In this document: piece by piece, positions 8,771 to 17,652 of the stretch
Position numbering within the stretch: position 1 is the first letter of the stretch
Layout of the letters: each line of letters opens with the position of its first letter
IMG/VR virus record: IMGVR_UViG_2974602345_000001
Coordinates: 77,332-141,331 of that record
Source of the DNA: a virus
Lineage: Duplodnaviria; Heunggongvirae; Uroviricota; Caudoviricetes
Strand: one strand, 5' to 3'
DNA: 64,000 nt
Notes under the pieces: model-generated
Seen by the model: the letters and a program-made list of their open reading frames with translations, nothing else
Databases searched by the model: none
Told to the model about the DNA's origin: nothing
Made by a program: the position numbers and the translations under genes

Positions 8771-9721
8771 ATGACCATTGAATGCAACATGAATGAACCT
8801 CTCTGGGTGGAGAGATACCGTCCACAGAAGATCAACGACTGCATCCTGCCAGAAAACATCAAGAAGCAGTTCAACGAGATCGTCGCTACCGGTCGCATTC
8901 CGAACCTGCTTCTGAAAGGCAGCGCAGGCACCGGTAAAACGACTGTAGCCAAAGCGCTGTGTCATGAACTGGGCGTGGACTGGATTATCATCAACGCCTC
9001 GGAAGACAACGGCATCGACACGATCCGAAACAAGATCCGCGATTTCGCGTCCACTGTAAGCTTCTCAGATGCAGGCAAGTGCGTTATCCTCGACGAGGCA
9101 GACGCCTTGACAGCCGCCGCTCAGAGTGCTTTGCGTGGGGGTATTGAGGGTTACTCGCAGACCTGCTCGTTCATCTTCACCTGCAACTTCCCGAACCGCA
9201 TTATCGACCCGCTGCACTCACGAACTGTTCCAGTCGCGTTCGAGATCAGCAAGGCTGACCAGCCTAAGGTCCAAGCGCAGTTCTTCCAGCGCATCTGTGC
9301 CATCCTGAAGAACGAGAACGTCAAGTTCGACCAGAAGGCCGTGGCCACACTGCTGCAGAAGTTCTTCCCTGACAATCGCCGTATCCTGGGCCAACTCCAG
9401 CAGTACGGGCGTGGTGGTGAGATCGACGTTGGCATCCTCAACGACCTCCAGGAAGTGAGCATTGACGGCCTGGTTAACTCCATGAAAGGCAAGAAGTTTG
9501 CCGAAGTCCGCCAGTGGTGCGCCGAGAACGCCAACAACGACTTGACAGCCCTGTACACCAAGCTGTATCGTACACTGAAAGACCACGTCGACCCACAGTC
9601 GATCCCGTCTGCTATCCTCATTCTTGAGGACTATCAGCGGTACGACGGCGTTGTTGCAGACAAAGAGCTGCACATCGCTGCCATGTGCGTGGCATTGATG
9701 ATGGAGGTTCAGTTCAAATGA
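8771..9721 (+). CDS. 44: Clamp loader large subunit, gp44 (RFC-like AAA+ ATPase)
   Basis: The YRPQKINDCILP motif, the Walker A GSAGTGKTTVAKALCHE and the SRC-type HSRTV motif align closely with T4 gp44. Confidence 0.9.
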   Translation: MTIECNMNEPLWVERYRPQKINDCILPENIKKQFNEIVATGRIPNLLLKGSAGTGKTTVAKALCHELGVDWIIINASEDNGIDTIRNKIRDFASTVSFSDAGKCVILDEADALTAAAQSALRGGIEGYSQTCSFIFTCNFPNRIIDPLHSRTVPVAFEISKADQPKVQAQFFQRICAILKNENVKFDQKAVATLLQKFFPDNRRILGQLQQYGRGGEIDVGILNDLQEVSIDGLVNSMKGKKFAEVRQWCAENANNDLTALYTKLYRTLKDHVDPQSIPSAILILEDYQRYDGVVADKELHIAAMCVALMMEVQFK

Positions 9722-10200
9722 TCAATCTGGACGGACAGGCCGTAGCAGAGAAGCAGGAAGAGCCCGAGTACAAGCGTCCTCGTGTTGACCTGTTCGCTTG
9801 GCTTACCGACCTGAACAGCGATAAGCAATACCTGTTTGATGACAACACTGCGCCAGACTTCGCCACGTTCATGATTAACCGTGGCATGTCGCAGAACGTC
9901 GAAACGATCATGTACGCCGCCGAGCTCAACAAGCACAACCAGTTGACCAAGGAGATGGCACATGATTTCTATTACTACATACTGCCAAAGAAGAAGCGCT
10001 TCGGAAAGTGGGCAAAGCAATCCGGAGATAACAAAGAAGAACTCGACCTGATCATCAAGCACTATGGCGTTAGCCGCTTGCGAGCGATGGAGTACCTGAA
10101 ATTGTTAACGCCGGAAGATTTGAAACAGATCAAAGAAAATTATGAAGTTGGAGGTCGAAGTAATGATAAGCCCCGTGGACGTGCTAAAAGAGATGGTTGA
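9718..10200 (+). CDS. 62: Clamp loader small subunit, gp62
   Basis: KRFGKWAKQ matches T4 gp62 KRYGKWAKL. Its ATG overlaps the gp44 stop (ATGA). Confidence 0.75.
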   Translation: MINLDGQAVAEKQEEPEYKRPRVDLFAWLTDLNSDKQYLFDDNTAPDFATFMINRGMSQNVETIMYAAELNKHNQLTKEMAHDFYYYILPKKKRFGKWAKQSGDNKEELDLIIKHYGVSRLRAMEYLKLLTPEDLKQIKENYEVGGRSNDKPRGRAKRDG

Positions 10201-10585
10201 AATCGAGCTCTTAGGGGAAGAAGGTTTCCGAAAGGTCAAGGAGACGCTGACGCGCATTGGCCTGTCGAGTAGCAATGAGAAGATCCTGACCCAGTCGGCG
10301 CATATCCTGCACCGTCGTGGCCAGTACTTCATCTGCCACTTCAAAGAGCTGTTGGCACTGGATGGCCTCCGCACTGACCTGAGCCAGGACGACATCGCTC
10401 GCCGTAACCGCATCGTTCAGATGCTCGTCGAGTGGAAGCTGGTCAAGGTAGTAAACCCCGAAAAACTGACCCCGATGGGTAGCCCCAACGTGGTCAAGGT
10501 GATCAAGTACGCAGAGAAAGACGAGTGGGAACTGCGTAAGAAATACACCATCGGCCCTAAACCTCAACGAGAGTACGCGCAATGA
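10193..10585 (+). CDS. regA: Translational repressor RegA
   Basis: MVEIELLGEEGFRKVKETLTRIGL...HILHRRGQYFICHFKEL aligns with T4 RegA MIEITLKKPEDFLKVKETLTRMGI...HILQKKGLYYIVHFKEM. The gene position after gp62 matches T4. Confidence 0.85.
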   Translation: MVEIELLGEEGFRKVKETLTRIGLSSSNEKILTQSAHILHRRGQYFICHFKELLALDGLRTDLSQDDIARRNRIVQMLVEWKLVKVVNPEKLTPMGSPNVVKVIKYAEKDEWELRKKYTIGPKPQREYAQ

Positions 10586-11004
10586 GCCAAACTGAAGCAC
10601 CTGAGCAACAAATGACCCATGCCCAGCAAGAAGTGCTGGCGATGTACATCACCGCAGCACAAGTGGCTCACAACGTGAACCGCGCCTACTGTCAGTCGCT
10701 GGGCGACGAGTCGATTCCTGACTGGAACGACGCGCCTGAGTGGCAACAGCAGTCAGCTATCGATGGTGTGGCGTTCCACTTCAGCAATCCGGACGCGACC
10801 CCTGATGCGTCGCACAAGAACTGGATGGCTGAGAAGGTCAGGACCGGCTGGGTCTATGGTAAGGTGAAGGATCCTGAAACCCGTCGCCATCCGTGCATGG
10901 TGCCGTACGACCAGCTGCCACAAGAGCAACGCTCCAAGGACTTCCTGTTCAAGGCAGTCTGCGAAGAGTTCGCCAAGATCTTCGGGATGCGTGAAGTAGC
11001 CTGA
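10582..11004 (+). CDS. RyR-domain protein
   Basis: The C-terminal half matches the RyR-domain pattern (HKNWMAEKVRTGWVYGKVKDPETRRHPCMVPYDQLPQEQRSKD). Its ATG overlaps the regA stop. Confidence 0.45.
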   Translation: MSQTEAPEQQMTHAQQEVLAMYITAAQVAHNVNRAYCQSLGDESIPDWNDAPEWQQQSAIDGVAFHFSNPDATPDASHKNWMAEKVRTGWVYGKVKDPETRRHPCMVPYDQLPQEQRSKDFLFKAVCEEFAKIFGMREVA

Positions 11005-11075
11005 TGGTGATACCGACAAGGGCTCAATGGTGAGCCCTTGTTTGATGACGTTAACTAGCAAGTGGACTCTTTACC

Positions 11076-12362
11076 ATGCAACTGAACAAAAAGCAAACCT
11101 ACGCATTCGAGCAGATCATGCGCGGCCACAATGTCTACGTGTCCGGTCCGGGCGGCGTAGGTAAGTCCGTCCTGATCAGCAAGATCCGCGACCTGTGTGA
11201 GGATGACACCATCTTCCTGGCACCTACAGGCATCGCGGCACTGAACATCAAAGGCGCAACCATTCACCGCACGTTTAAGCTCCAGCTGGGTTATCTTGAC
11301 CCTGCACAGCGCAGCCGTGTGAACGAAAAGGTGCGTGAGCTGTTCAGCGACGACAGCATCAAGCGGATCGTGATTGACGAAATCTCGATGGTGCGCGGCG
11401 ACATCTTCACTGCGGTGGACAAAGCACTGCGTCTGGCCAAGCGTCGCAACAAACCGTTTGGTGGCCTGCAGGTCATCGTGGTGGGGGACTTCTTCCAGCT
11501 GTCTCCTGTGCTGAACGAGCGCTCTCAAGAGGGTGAGCTGTACCTCAAAGAGTTTAGCAGCCCGTTCTGCTTCGACACTGACGCCTGGCGTGAAGCTGGC
11601 TTCCAGACCATCGAACTCGACGAGATCATGCGCCAGTCTGATGCCAAGTTCATCGGTGCACTGAACTCCATCCGCACACGTGCCGATGACTTCGAGACTG
11701 CCCTGGACTTCCTCAACCGTATTGGCATGGAGAAGGAAGATGTCCCTGACGACACTCTGTTCCTGTGCTCGACGAACAAGGAAGCTGACGCGGTCAACAA
11801 GCACAACTATGACGATGTCATGGGTGAAGAACGCCTCTACTACGGCAAAAAGAAAGGTCCGTTCCGTGACCTGCCAGTGCCTGAGGTTCTGTCGCTGAAG
11901 GTCGGTGTCAAGGTGCTGATCTGCGCCAACGCTGAGGACGGGTCATACTACAACGGTATGACAGGGTACGTTGAAAAGATGTTCAACGACTCGATCATGG
12001 TTCAACTGGACGACGGCGAAACCATCACTGTCCGTGAGTTCAAGTGGACTGAGTACGAGTACCTGAACGGCGATGACGGTCTCAAGATCAACCCTGTGGC
12101 TGAATACCAGCAGTTCCCACTGCGCCTCGGCTACGCCTGTACTGTCCACAAGTCGCAAGGGCTCAGCCTGTCGAAGGCGGCTATCTACGCGGGCAATGGC
12201 TTCTTTGCTCACGGCCAGGGCTATGTGGCGTTCAGTCGTCTGCGTTCGCTTGAGGGGCTGTATGTCCTGAAAGAGATCGCCCGCCGCGACATCATTGTCG
12301 ACCGCCGTGTGTCTGAGTTCTACGAACGCAACAAGTACGCCAACCTCATGAACCTGGAGTAA
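11076..12362 (+). CDS. SF1B DNA helicase (Pif1/RecD/Dda-like)
   Basis: Walker A GPGGVGKS, motif II VIDEISMV, and the C-terminal TVHKSQGLSL...YVAFSRLRSLEGLYV motifs are typical of Pif1/Dda helicases. Confidence 0.8.
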   Translation: MQLNKKQTYAFEQIMRGHNVYVSGPGGVGKSVLISKIRDLCEDDTIFLAPTGIAALNIKGATIHRTFKLQLGYLDPAQRSRVNEKVRELFSDDSIKRIVIDEISMVRGDIFTAVDKALRLAKRRNKPFGGLQVIVVGDFFQLSPVLNERSQEGELYLKEFSSPFCFDTDAWREAGFQTIELDEIMRQSDAKFIGALNSIRTRADDFETALDFLNRIGMEKEDVPDDTLFLCSTNKEADAVNKHNYDDVMGEERLYYGKKKGPFRDLPVPEVLSLKVGVKVLICANAEDGSYYNGMTGYVEKMFNDSIMVQLDDGETITVREFKWTEYEYLNGDDGLKINPVAEYQQFPLRLGYACTVHKSQGLSLSKAAIYAGNGFFAHGQGYVAFSRLRSLEGLYVLKEIARRDIIVDRRVSEFYERNKYANLMNLE

Positions 12363-12364
12363 CC

Positions 12365-12514
12365 ATGAAAAACTTCCTGTTTAAAGACCGATACAGCCTG
12401 CTTGACGTGGTAGTCATCACAGTGCTGATACGACTGTATACCGTATACATCGACCCGTACATCTTCCCGATCCACCAGGATCCGTTGAGTGCAGTCGCAG
12501 CCTGTCTGACCTGA
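12365..12514 (+). CDS. Small hydrophobic protein (49 aa)
   Basis: A GGAG ribosome-binding site lies inside the helicase 3' end. The ORF ends right before the terminator. Confidence 0.3.
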   Translation: MKNFLFKDRYSLLDVVVITVLIRLYTVYIDPYIFPIHQDPLSAVAACLT

Positions 12515-12520
12515 TCCACC

Positions 12521-12560
12521 AAAGGGCCATCACTAAACACGATGGCCCTTTCTATTTCTG
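12521..12560 (+). terminator. Intrinsic terminator (AGGGCCATC-loop-GATGGCCCT followed by TTCTATTTCTG)
   Basis: A 9-bp stem is followed by a T-rich tail. The same tail motif follows the terminator at 15716-15748. Confidence 0.5.
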
Positions 12561-12569
12561 GAGTGTGTC

Positions 12570-12851
12570 ATGGAACACATATTCATCATTGCAGAGAATG
12601 CACGGTTTGCGCATTACTACGCTGAAGGCCTTGGATTCAAGCGCGGTCAGTATCAAGCAGTGACTGATTTTGACCGTATGCGCGGCTTGCGTGAATGCAC
12701 TCTGTTTGTGCTGCCGCGGGCTGATCTGAACCCTGTCTACGCCCGCGTGTACAGCGAGGCTGTGTTCAGCCGATTCACCATCATCTTCATTGACGATGAG
12801 ACTCTAGACATCATTGAAGGTGTCGCCTATACTGAAGCTTCACACAACTAA
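12570..12851 (+). CDS. Hypothetical protein (93 aa)
   Basis: An ORF with typical codon use, located between a terminator and the ligase gene. Confidence 0.4.
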   Translation: MEHIFIIAENARFAHYYAEGLGFKRGQYQAVTDFDRMRGLRECTLFVLPRADLNPVYARVYSEAVFSRFTIIFIDDETLDIIEGVAYTEASHN

Positions 12852-12861
12852 GGACATCCCT

Positions 12862-14181
12862 GTGCTTAACATCATCAACCAAATTGCTGCAACCAGCAGT
12901 CGCCTGGAGAAGGATGCAATCATCCGCAGTCTCGTGGGCGAGCAGGCTGAGCTCTTCAAGAAGCTGGCGGTTGCAACCTACAGCGGCGCAATCAACTACT
13001 ATGCCACGAAGTACCCTCGTCCTGAGGCGCACTGGGGCAATGTTGACCTCGCCACTGCACTGGATTCGTTGAAGGCTTTGACGTCGCGTCAGGTGACTGG
13101 CAACAAAGCACTGACATTCCTCACTGCGCTTGAGTCCTCCCTCAGCGAAGAGGATGGCGAACTGCTGTACCGTGTGATCCAACGTGACCTGCGCGCCGGC
13201 TTCACTGAAGGTACGGTGAACAAGGTATGGCCAGGGCTCATCTACGAGCACCCGTACATGCGCTGTTCGTCGTTCAATCCAAAGAACCTGGCGAAGATCA
13301 AGTTCCCTGCCTACTCGCAGTCCAAAAGCGATGGCAAGTACACCGACATCGTGGTTGAAGACCATCAGCTCCAGCATATGTCGCGCCAAGGTACCGTGAT
13401 GCCGTTCAGCTTGGCTGCTCGTGACAAGCTGTTCATGAAGTATCCTGGTTACGTCTTCATGGGTGAGTCGTTGGCCCGCAACGAGGATGGCACTATCATG
13501 CCTCGTGCTGAAGGTAACGGCTACCTGGACTCGTCTGATGTCAATCCCGCACGCATCGTCTTTGTGCTGTGGGACATGGTGCCCTTGGCGGACTGGAAAG
13601 CTGGCCTCTGCAAGGTCGACTACAAGACCCGCCTGAACACCCTGAAACGCGCCATTACTGAAATCAACAGCCCTGATATCCTGCTGTCGAACACCAAGGT
13701 AGTCAACAGCGGCGCTGAAATCCTCGAGCACTTCAAAGAAGAGGTCGAGAAGGGCGAGGAAGGCACAGTCATCAAGAACCAGCATGCGCTGTGGAAGGAC
13801 GGCACTTCGCCTGATCAGATCAAGTGCAAGATCGAGTTCGAGTGCGAACTGAAGGTCTTCCAGGTCAACGAAGGTACCGGTGCCAACGTCGGTAAGCTGG
13901 GTGCGTTTGGCATGCAGTCTGAAGAGGGCATGGTCAAAGTCTTCGTCGGCACTGGCTACAAGCAAAAGGAGCGTGAAGCTCTGTTCTCCGACGCTGAGAT
14001 CGGCGGTGTCTGGACGGTCAAAGCCAACGACATCACGAAGGATCGCAACAGCGACACCTACTCCCTGTTCCTGCCTCGTGCAATGAAAAAGCGCAGTGAC
14101 AAAACTGTCGCTGATACATACGAACGTATCAAAGAACAGATGGACGCATTCATCTACACCCTGGAGGCAATCGGTAAATGA
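12862..14181 (+). CDS. 30: ATP-dependent DNA ligase (T4 gp30-like)
   Basis: A GTG start (VLNIINQIAA, compare T4 MILKILNEIA) follows an AAGGA ribosome-binding site. NKVWPGLIYEHPYM matches T4 NKVWPGLIPEQPQM. The adenylation lysine motif KSDGKY is present. The C-terminal LFLPRAMKKRSDKT matches T4 LFLPIAIRLREDKT. Confidence 0.9.
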   Translation: MLNIINQIAATSSRLEKDAIIRSLVGEQAELFKKLAVATYSGAINYYATKYPRPEAHWGNVDLATALDSLKALTSRQVTGNKALTFLTALESSLSEEDGELLYRVIQRDLRAGFTEGTVNKVWPGLIYEHPYMRCSSFNPKNLAKIKFPAYSQSKSDGKYTDIVVEDHQLQHMSRQGTVMPFSLAARDKLFMKYPGYVFMGESLARNEDGTIMPRAEGNGYLDSSDVNPARIVFVLWDMVPLADWKAGLCKVDYKTRLNTLKRAITEINSPDILLSNTKVVNSGAEILEHFKEEVEKGEEGTVIKNQHALWKDGTSPDQIKCKIEFECELKVFQVNEGTGANVGKLGAFGMQSEEGMVKVFVGTGYKQKEREALFSDAEIGGVWTVKANDITKDRNSDTYSLFLPRAMKKRSDKTVADTYERIKEQMDAFIYTLEAIGK

Positions 14182-14429
14182 AAGAAGAAACTCAGTCAGC
14201 ACTGAACGAGATCGTTGATGCTGTCAAGGAGAGCAAGTCAAAGCCCGTCAAGCGCACAACGGTTCGCTTCAGCCTGCTGCCTGGTCTGATGTCCTTGGCT
14301 GTGCTGTGGGGTCTGGGCGTGGTTGTGTCAAAGGGCTTCTGGTGGACGTTCTCGAGCCTGTTCATCCCGTTCATTGGCCCAGGTACTGCTGTGTACTGGA
14401 TGGTTGAGAAGTTCACGGGTGGTCAGTAA
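14178..14429 (+). CDS. Membrane protein (83 aa, two TM segments)
   Basis: Hydrophobic stretches LMSLAVLWGLGVVV and FSSLFIPFIGPGTAVYW. Its start overlaps the ligase stop. Confidence 0.45.
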   Translation: MKEETQSALNEIVDAVKESKSKPVKRTTVRFSLLPGLMSLAVLWGLGVVVSKGFWWTFSSLFIPFIGPGTAVYWMVEKFTGGQ

Positions 14430-14695
14430 TGCGGTATGACTACCAGTGCAAAGCGTGTGAGCACATCTTCGAGCGCGTCTTGAAGATTGCAAACCGCAAA
14501 GATCCTGAGAGTGAGCCTTGCCCTGCGTGTGGTGAGCTTCAAGTGCAGCAGACCATCCTTGCATGCCCGACGGTCAACTACAGCATTCAAACTGCTGGGG
14601 TGAAGACTACCGACAGCTTCAACGACCGCATGAAGGACATCAAGAAGGCTCTGCCGCCCAAGTACAGGGACAACATCAACAACATCATCCGCTAA
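14429..14695 (+). CDS. FmdB-family zinc-ribbon protein
   Basis: MRYDYQCKACEH...EPCPACG carries two CxxC pairs in the arrangement typical of FmdB regulatory zinc ribbons. Confidence 0.55.
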   Translation: MRYDYQCKACEHIFERVLKIANRKDPESEPCPACGELQVQQTILACPTVNYSIQTAGVKTTDSFNDRMKDIKKALPPKYRDNINNIIR

Positions 14696-14725
14696 ATAGG
14701 TTTATCACTCAAAAGGAGAGACACC

Positions 14726-14773
14726 ATGAAAGAGATGAGTATCGGCAGTCAAGAGATCGGCTGCGACGAATGA
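14726..14773 (+). CDS. 15-codon mini-ORF with a strong Shine-Dalgarno, immediately 5' of a terminator hairpin (candidate leader peptide)
   Basis: AAAGGAGAG lies 5 nt upstream of the ATG (MKEMSIGSQEIGCDE). Its stop codon sits inside the terminator stem. Confidence 0.25.
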   Translation: MKEMSIGSQEIGCDE

Positions 14774-14777
14774 CCCA

Positions 14778-14818
14778 AAGGGCCCGCACTGTTAACGCAG
14801 ACGGGCCCTTTTTGTTTG
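14778..14818 (+). terminator. Intrinsic terminator (AAAGGGCCCG-loop-CGGGCCCTTTTTGTTTG)
   Basis: A 10-bp GC stem plus U-run. It belongs to the AAAGGGCC...GGCCCTTT family. Confidence 0.6.
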
Positions 14819-14854
14819 CTCAACCCCATCCCAGTAAAGATAAGGTGGTACGCC

Positions 14855-15634
14855 ATGTCTAGCAACAATCGCCAGAAACGTGAAGCTCGCAATGCACGTC
14901 GTGATGAGACTCGAGACACTTCGCCTCGAAACTCTCGCCAAGGACGGGATGCAGCCAACGAGCCTCAGAAACCTGAGCTTGACATCCAGTACAAGCCTGC
15001 CGCAACGCGCCCGCTTGAAGCCCTGACCCCGTCGCAAGAGATCCACAAGAGTTCGCTGATCCATGAAGACATCGTTGTCTCCATCGGTTCAGCTGGTACT
15101 GGTAAGACCTACCTGTCTGCTGCTGTCGCCGCTGAACTGTACAAGAGCGGTCAAGTGAAGAAGATCATCATGTCGCGCCCACCCGTAGAGGTAGGTCCGA
15201 AGCTGGGCTTCTTGCCCGGTGACATTGATGATAAGTTCGCCCCATACCTGGAACCGTTCAAAGCGGGTCTGGTTGACCGACTGGGTTCGAACAAGTTCAA
15301 ATGCGACTACAAGTCGCGGATCCTGGCCAAGCCGCTGGCGTACATGCGTGGTGACACGTTTGATGATGCAGTGATGTTGCTTGATGAGGCCCAGAACACC
15401 ACCGTCGCTGAGATGAAGATGTTCTTGACCCGTGCGGGCACCAACAGCCGCATCTTCATCAGTGGTGACATCAACCAGACTGACCTGAACGGCAAAGAGA
15501 CTGGGCTGTCGTGGCTGGTGCGCCAGATCGAGAAGCGTGACACAGGGATCGACCTGATCCGTTACGACCGCGATGACTGCATCCGCTCGGGTCTGTGCAA
15601 ACGCATGCTCGACTTGATCGAAGAAGAGGTGTAA
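14855..15634 (+). CDS. phoH: PhoH-like ATPase
   Basis: Walker A GSAGTGKTYL and the PhoH-typical VGFLPGD, AYMRGDTF, LDEAQN and ISGDINQTDL motifs are present. Confidence 0.85.
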   Translation: MSSNNRQKREARNARRDETRDTSPRNSRQGRDAANEPQKPELDIQYKPAATRPLEALTPSQEIHKSSLIHEDIVVSIGSAGTGKTYLSAAVAAELYKSGQVKKIIMSRPPVEVGPKLGFLPGDIDDKFAPYLEPFKAGLVDRLGSNKFKCDYKSRILAKPLAYMRGDTFDDAVMLLDEAQNTTVAEMKMFLTRAGTNSRIFISGDINQTDLNGKETGLSWLVRQIEKRDTGIDLIRYDRDDCIRSGLCKRMLDLIEEEV

Positions 15635-15715
15635 CATGTCCATTGAAACTATCTAGGAGAACCCTATGCATGATGAACGTCCAGACATCTGATGTCCGAC
15701 CGGATATCTAACTCC

Positions 15716-15748
15716 AAGCCCTGAGAAATCAGGGCTTTCTATTTCTGA
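15716..15748 (+). terminator. Intrinsic terminator (AAGCCCTGA-GAAA-TCAGGGCTT followed by TCTATTTCT)
   Basis: A perfect 9-bp stem with a tetraloop and a T-rich tail. Confidence 0.55.
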
Positions 15749-15752
15749 GGTA

Positions 15753-16520
15753 ATGATGAGTGTGAACGACTGGAAGCAGTTCCAATGGGTTCCCTTGCCC
15801 TTCAAGGACCTTCAAACAGAAGAGGGTGAAACACGGTACTACATCATCGACGAGAACACCAAGTTCCCATCCATGACTTCGATCCTGGGTATGCTCGATG
15901 ACGGTGGCGTGGATGCCTGGCGAAAGCGTGTAGGTGAAGAAGAAGCTGAACGCATCGTCAAGGAAGCTGTGGCTCGTGGTAACAACCTCCACGAACTGTC
16001 AGAGCTCTACCTTATGAACAAGCTGGAGCGCAGCGGGGTCAAAGGACCAGGCTCTATCCTGTTCAATCGCTCACGCAGGCACCTAAACGAGCTGGGCCCC
16101 ATAGTAGGCATTGAGGTTGCGTTGTACAGCCTGCAGCGCCGTTATGCAGGGCGAGTGGACTGTATCGCATTCCATGACAAGCACCTGTGTATCGTCGACC
16201 ACAAGAACTCACGGCGCAAGATTGACCTGTCGAAAGACTACGCCTGCAAGAAGCTCTATGCGTACATGCTCCAGACAGTCGGCTATGCATTTGCCCTGAA
16301 GGAAATGTTCCCGCACCTGCCCATGGCGACCCATGGCGTGCTTATCGTGGGCAACTTTGATGTCATGAGCTCTGATAAGTTCAAGTTCAAGTTCACCCAG
16401 GACCTGTGTGATGACTTCGATTTCCTGCTCAAGGCCTACTACGGTGAGGCTGACATCAACGACGCCCGCTACTTCAAGCCAGGACTCAGTGATTTCATCA
16501 AGTCCATCCTAGTCTCTTGA
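15753..16520 (+). CDS. PD-(D/E)XK superfamily nuclease (RecB/Cas4-like fold), putative
   Basis: A D...D/E-x-K arrangement is visible (GRVDCIAFHD...LCIVDHKNSRRK). Confidence 0.4.
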   Translation: MMSVNDWKQFQWVPLPFKDLQTEEGETRYYIIDENTKFPSMTSILGMLDDGGVDAWRKRVGEEEAERIVKEAVARGNNLHELSELYLMNKLERSGVKGPGSILFNRSRRHLNELGPIVGIEVALYSLQRRYAGRVDCIAFHDKHLCIVDHKNSRRKIDLSKDYACKKLYAYMLQTVGYAFALKEMFPHLPMATHGVLIVGNFDVMSSDKFKFKFTQDLCDDFDFLLKAYYGEADINDARYFKPGLSDFIKSILVS

Positions 16521-16630
16521 CTTCAATCAGCGGGTATGCTTATACTCGCTGCTCCAACAAAACCAGAAAGGACCAACACCATGACGAAGCAAGTTGCAAT
16601 GCTAAGAGAGGTAACCCGGTCGATTGAGTC

Positions 16631-17254
16631 ATGACCGTTCAAGCGAAGGTGATGAGTGTAGTGTTTGCTATGCTTTTGGCCAACGAAGTACTGATAACGA
16701 AGCATGAGATTGACACAGCAGCACAGCCGGTACCGATCGCATTGGTCGGTGAACCTGTCAGTGAAGTGTCAAACAATCGCCTCGCTTCAGTACCCAAGCC
16801 AAAAGTTTGCTCCACCAATCCGCAGTGTCGGACCCTGGCGGAAGCAGTGTTCTTCGAAGGCCGTGGTGAGTCTCTCAAAGGGCAATATGCGATTGCGTAC
16901 ACTGTCATCAATCGTCGCGACTCCGGTAAGTACTCCGACACTATAAGGGGTGTGGTAAACCAGAAACGCCGAGGTATCTGCCAATTCAGTTATGTGTGCC
17001 AAATCAAGCCATGGGACAGAAAGGTAGCTATCAAGGGTGACGAGAAGTCCTGGCAAACCGCCCTCGACGTTGCGTACAATACGCTCAACTACAAAGTCAG
17101 TGATCCGACCAACGGTGCGGACCACTACCACACAAAGGCAGTTTCACCTGTGTGGCGCAAGAAACTCAAGAAAATTCTGGTGGTGGGTAACCACATCTTC
17201 TACAGGAGCAATGAATATGGCGAAAGTTCGAATTACTGGGCTCAAGGATCCTAG
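16631..17254 (+). CDS. SleB-family cell-wall hydrolase with an N-terminal signal or signal-anchor sequence (candidate endolysin)
   Basis: A hydrophobic N-terminus is followed by a Hydrolase_2 / SleB-like catalytic region (AVFFEGRGES...RGVVNQ...ICQFSY...ADHYH). Confidence 0.6.
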   Translation: MTVQAKVMSVVFAMLLANEVLITKHEIDTAAQPVPIALVGEPVSEVSNNRLASVPKPKVCSTNPQCRTLAEAVFFEGRGESLKGQYAIAYTVINRRDSGKYSDTIRGVVNQKRRGICQFSYVCQIKPWDRKVAIKGDEKSWQTALDVAYNTLNYKVSDPTNGADHYHTKAVSPVWRKKLKKILVVGNHIFYRSNEYGESSNYWAQGS

Positions 17255-17441
17255 CCTGGAGCAGTATCGTCGCGATGTGACGATTGGCAAGGTGTATGAA
17301 GTACCTGACAGCGGTGGCCCTGAGTCGCTGGTCTTCCTGGATGACGCCAATGAGCAGAACTGGGGCATCCAGAGCGTTCAGGGCATCTACACCTTCGAGT
17401 TTGTCAACGAAGAACCACAACCTGAACAGGATGGTGAGTGA
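17217..17441 (+). CDS. Hypothetical protein (74 aa)
   Basis: The ATG lies 9 nt after AGGAG and overlaps the 3' end of the hydrolase gene. Confidence 0.4.
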   Translation: MAKVRITGLKDPSLEQYRRDVTIGKVYEVPDSGGPESLVFLDDANEQNWGIQSVQGIYTFEFVNEEPQPEQDGE

Positions 17442-17644
17442 TGCTGGTAGGCTACAATGTTGATGGTGACAAAGCGCACCATGCAGTCGAAGTAGGTAGC
17501 GATGACCCTGTTGAGGCCATCGCCGTTGTGAAAGATATGCTCATGGAGGAGGGCATCAAAGCTCGTCGAGTGCTGGGGGTGATTGAGGGTGGCAAGAAAG
17601 CTGCTACCGTCCCTGTGCTTGAACTGCCGCCTACAGTGGCATAG
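17438..17644 (+). CDS. Hypothetical protein (68 aa)
   Basis: ATGA overlap with the upstream gene. Confidence 0.4.
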   Translation: MMLVGYNVDGDKAHHAVEVGSDDPVEAIAVVKDMLMEEGIKARRVLGVIEGGKKAATVPVLELPPTVA

Positions 17645-17652
17645 GAGACGGC

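Noticed and set aside
12811-14202. A 463-aa minus-strand ORF
   Set aside because: It exactly mirrors the DNA ligase gene on the opposite strand. The ligase has unambiguous similarity, so this is an antisense artefact.
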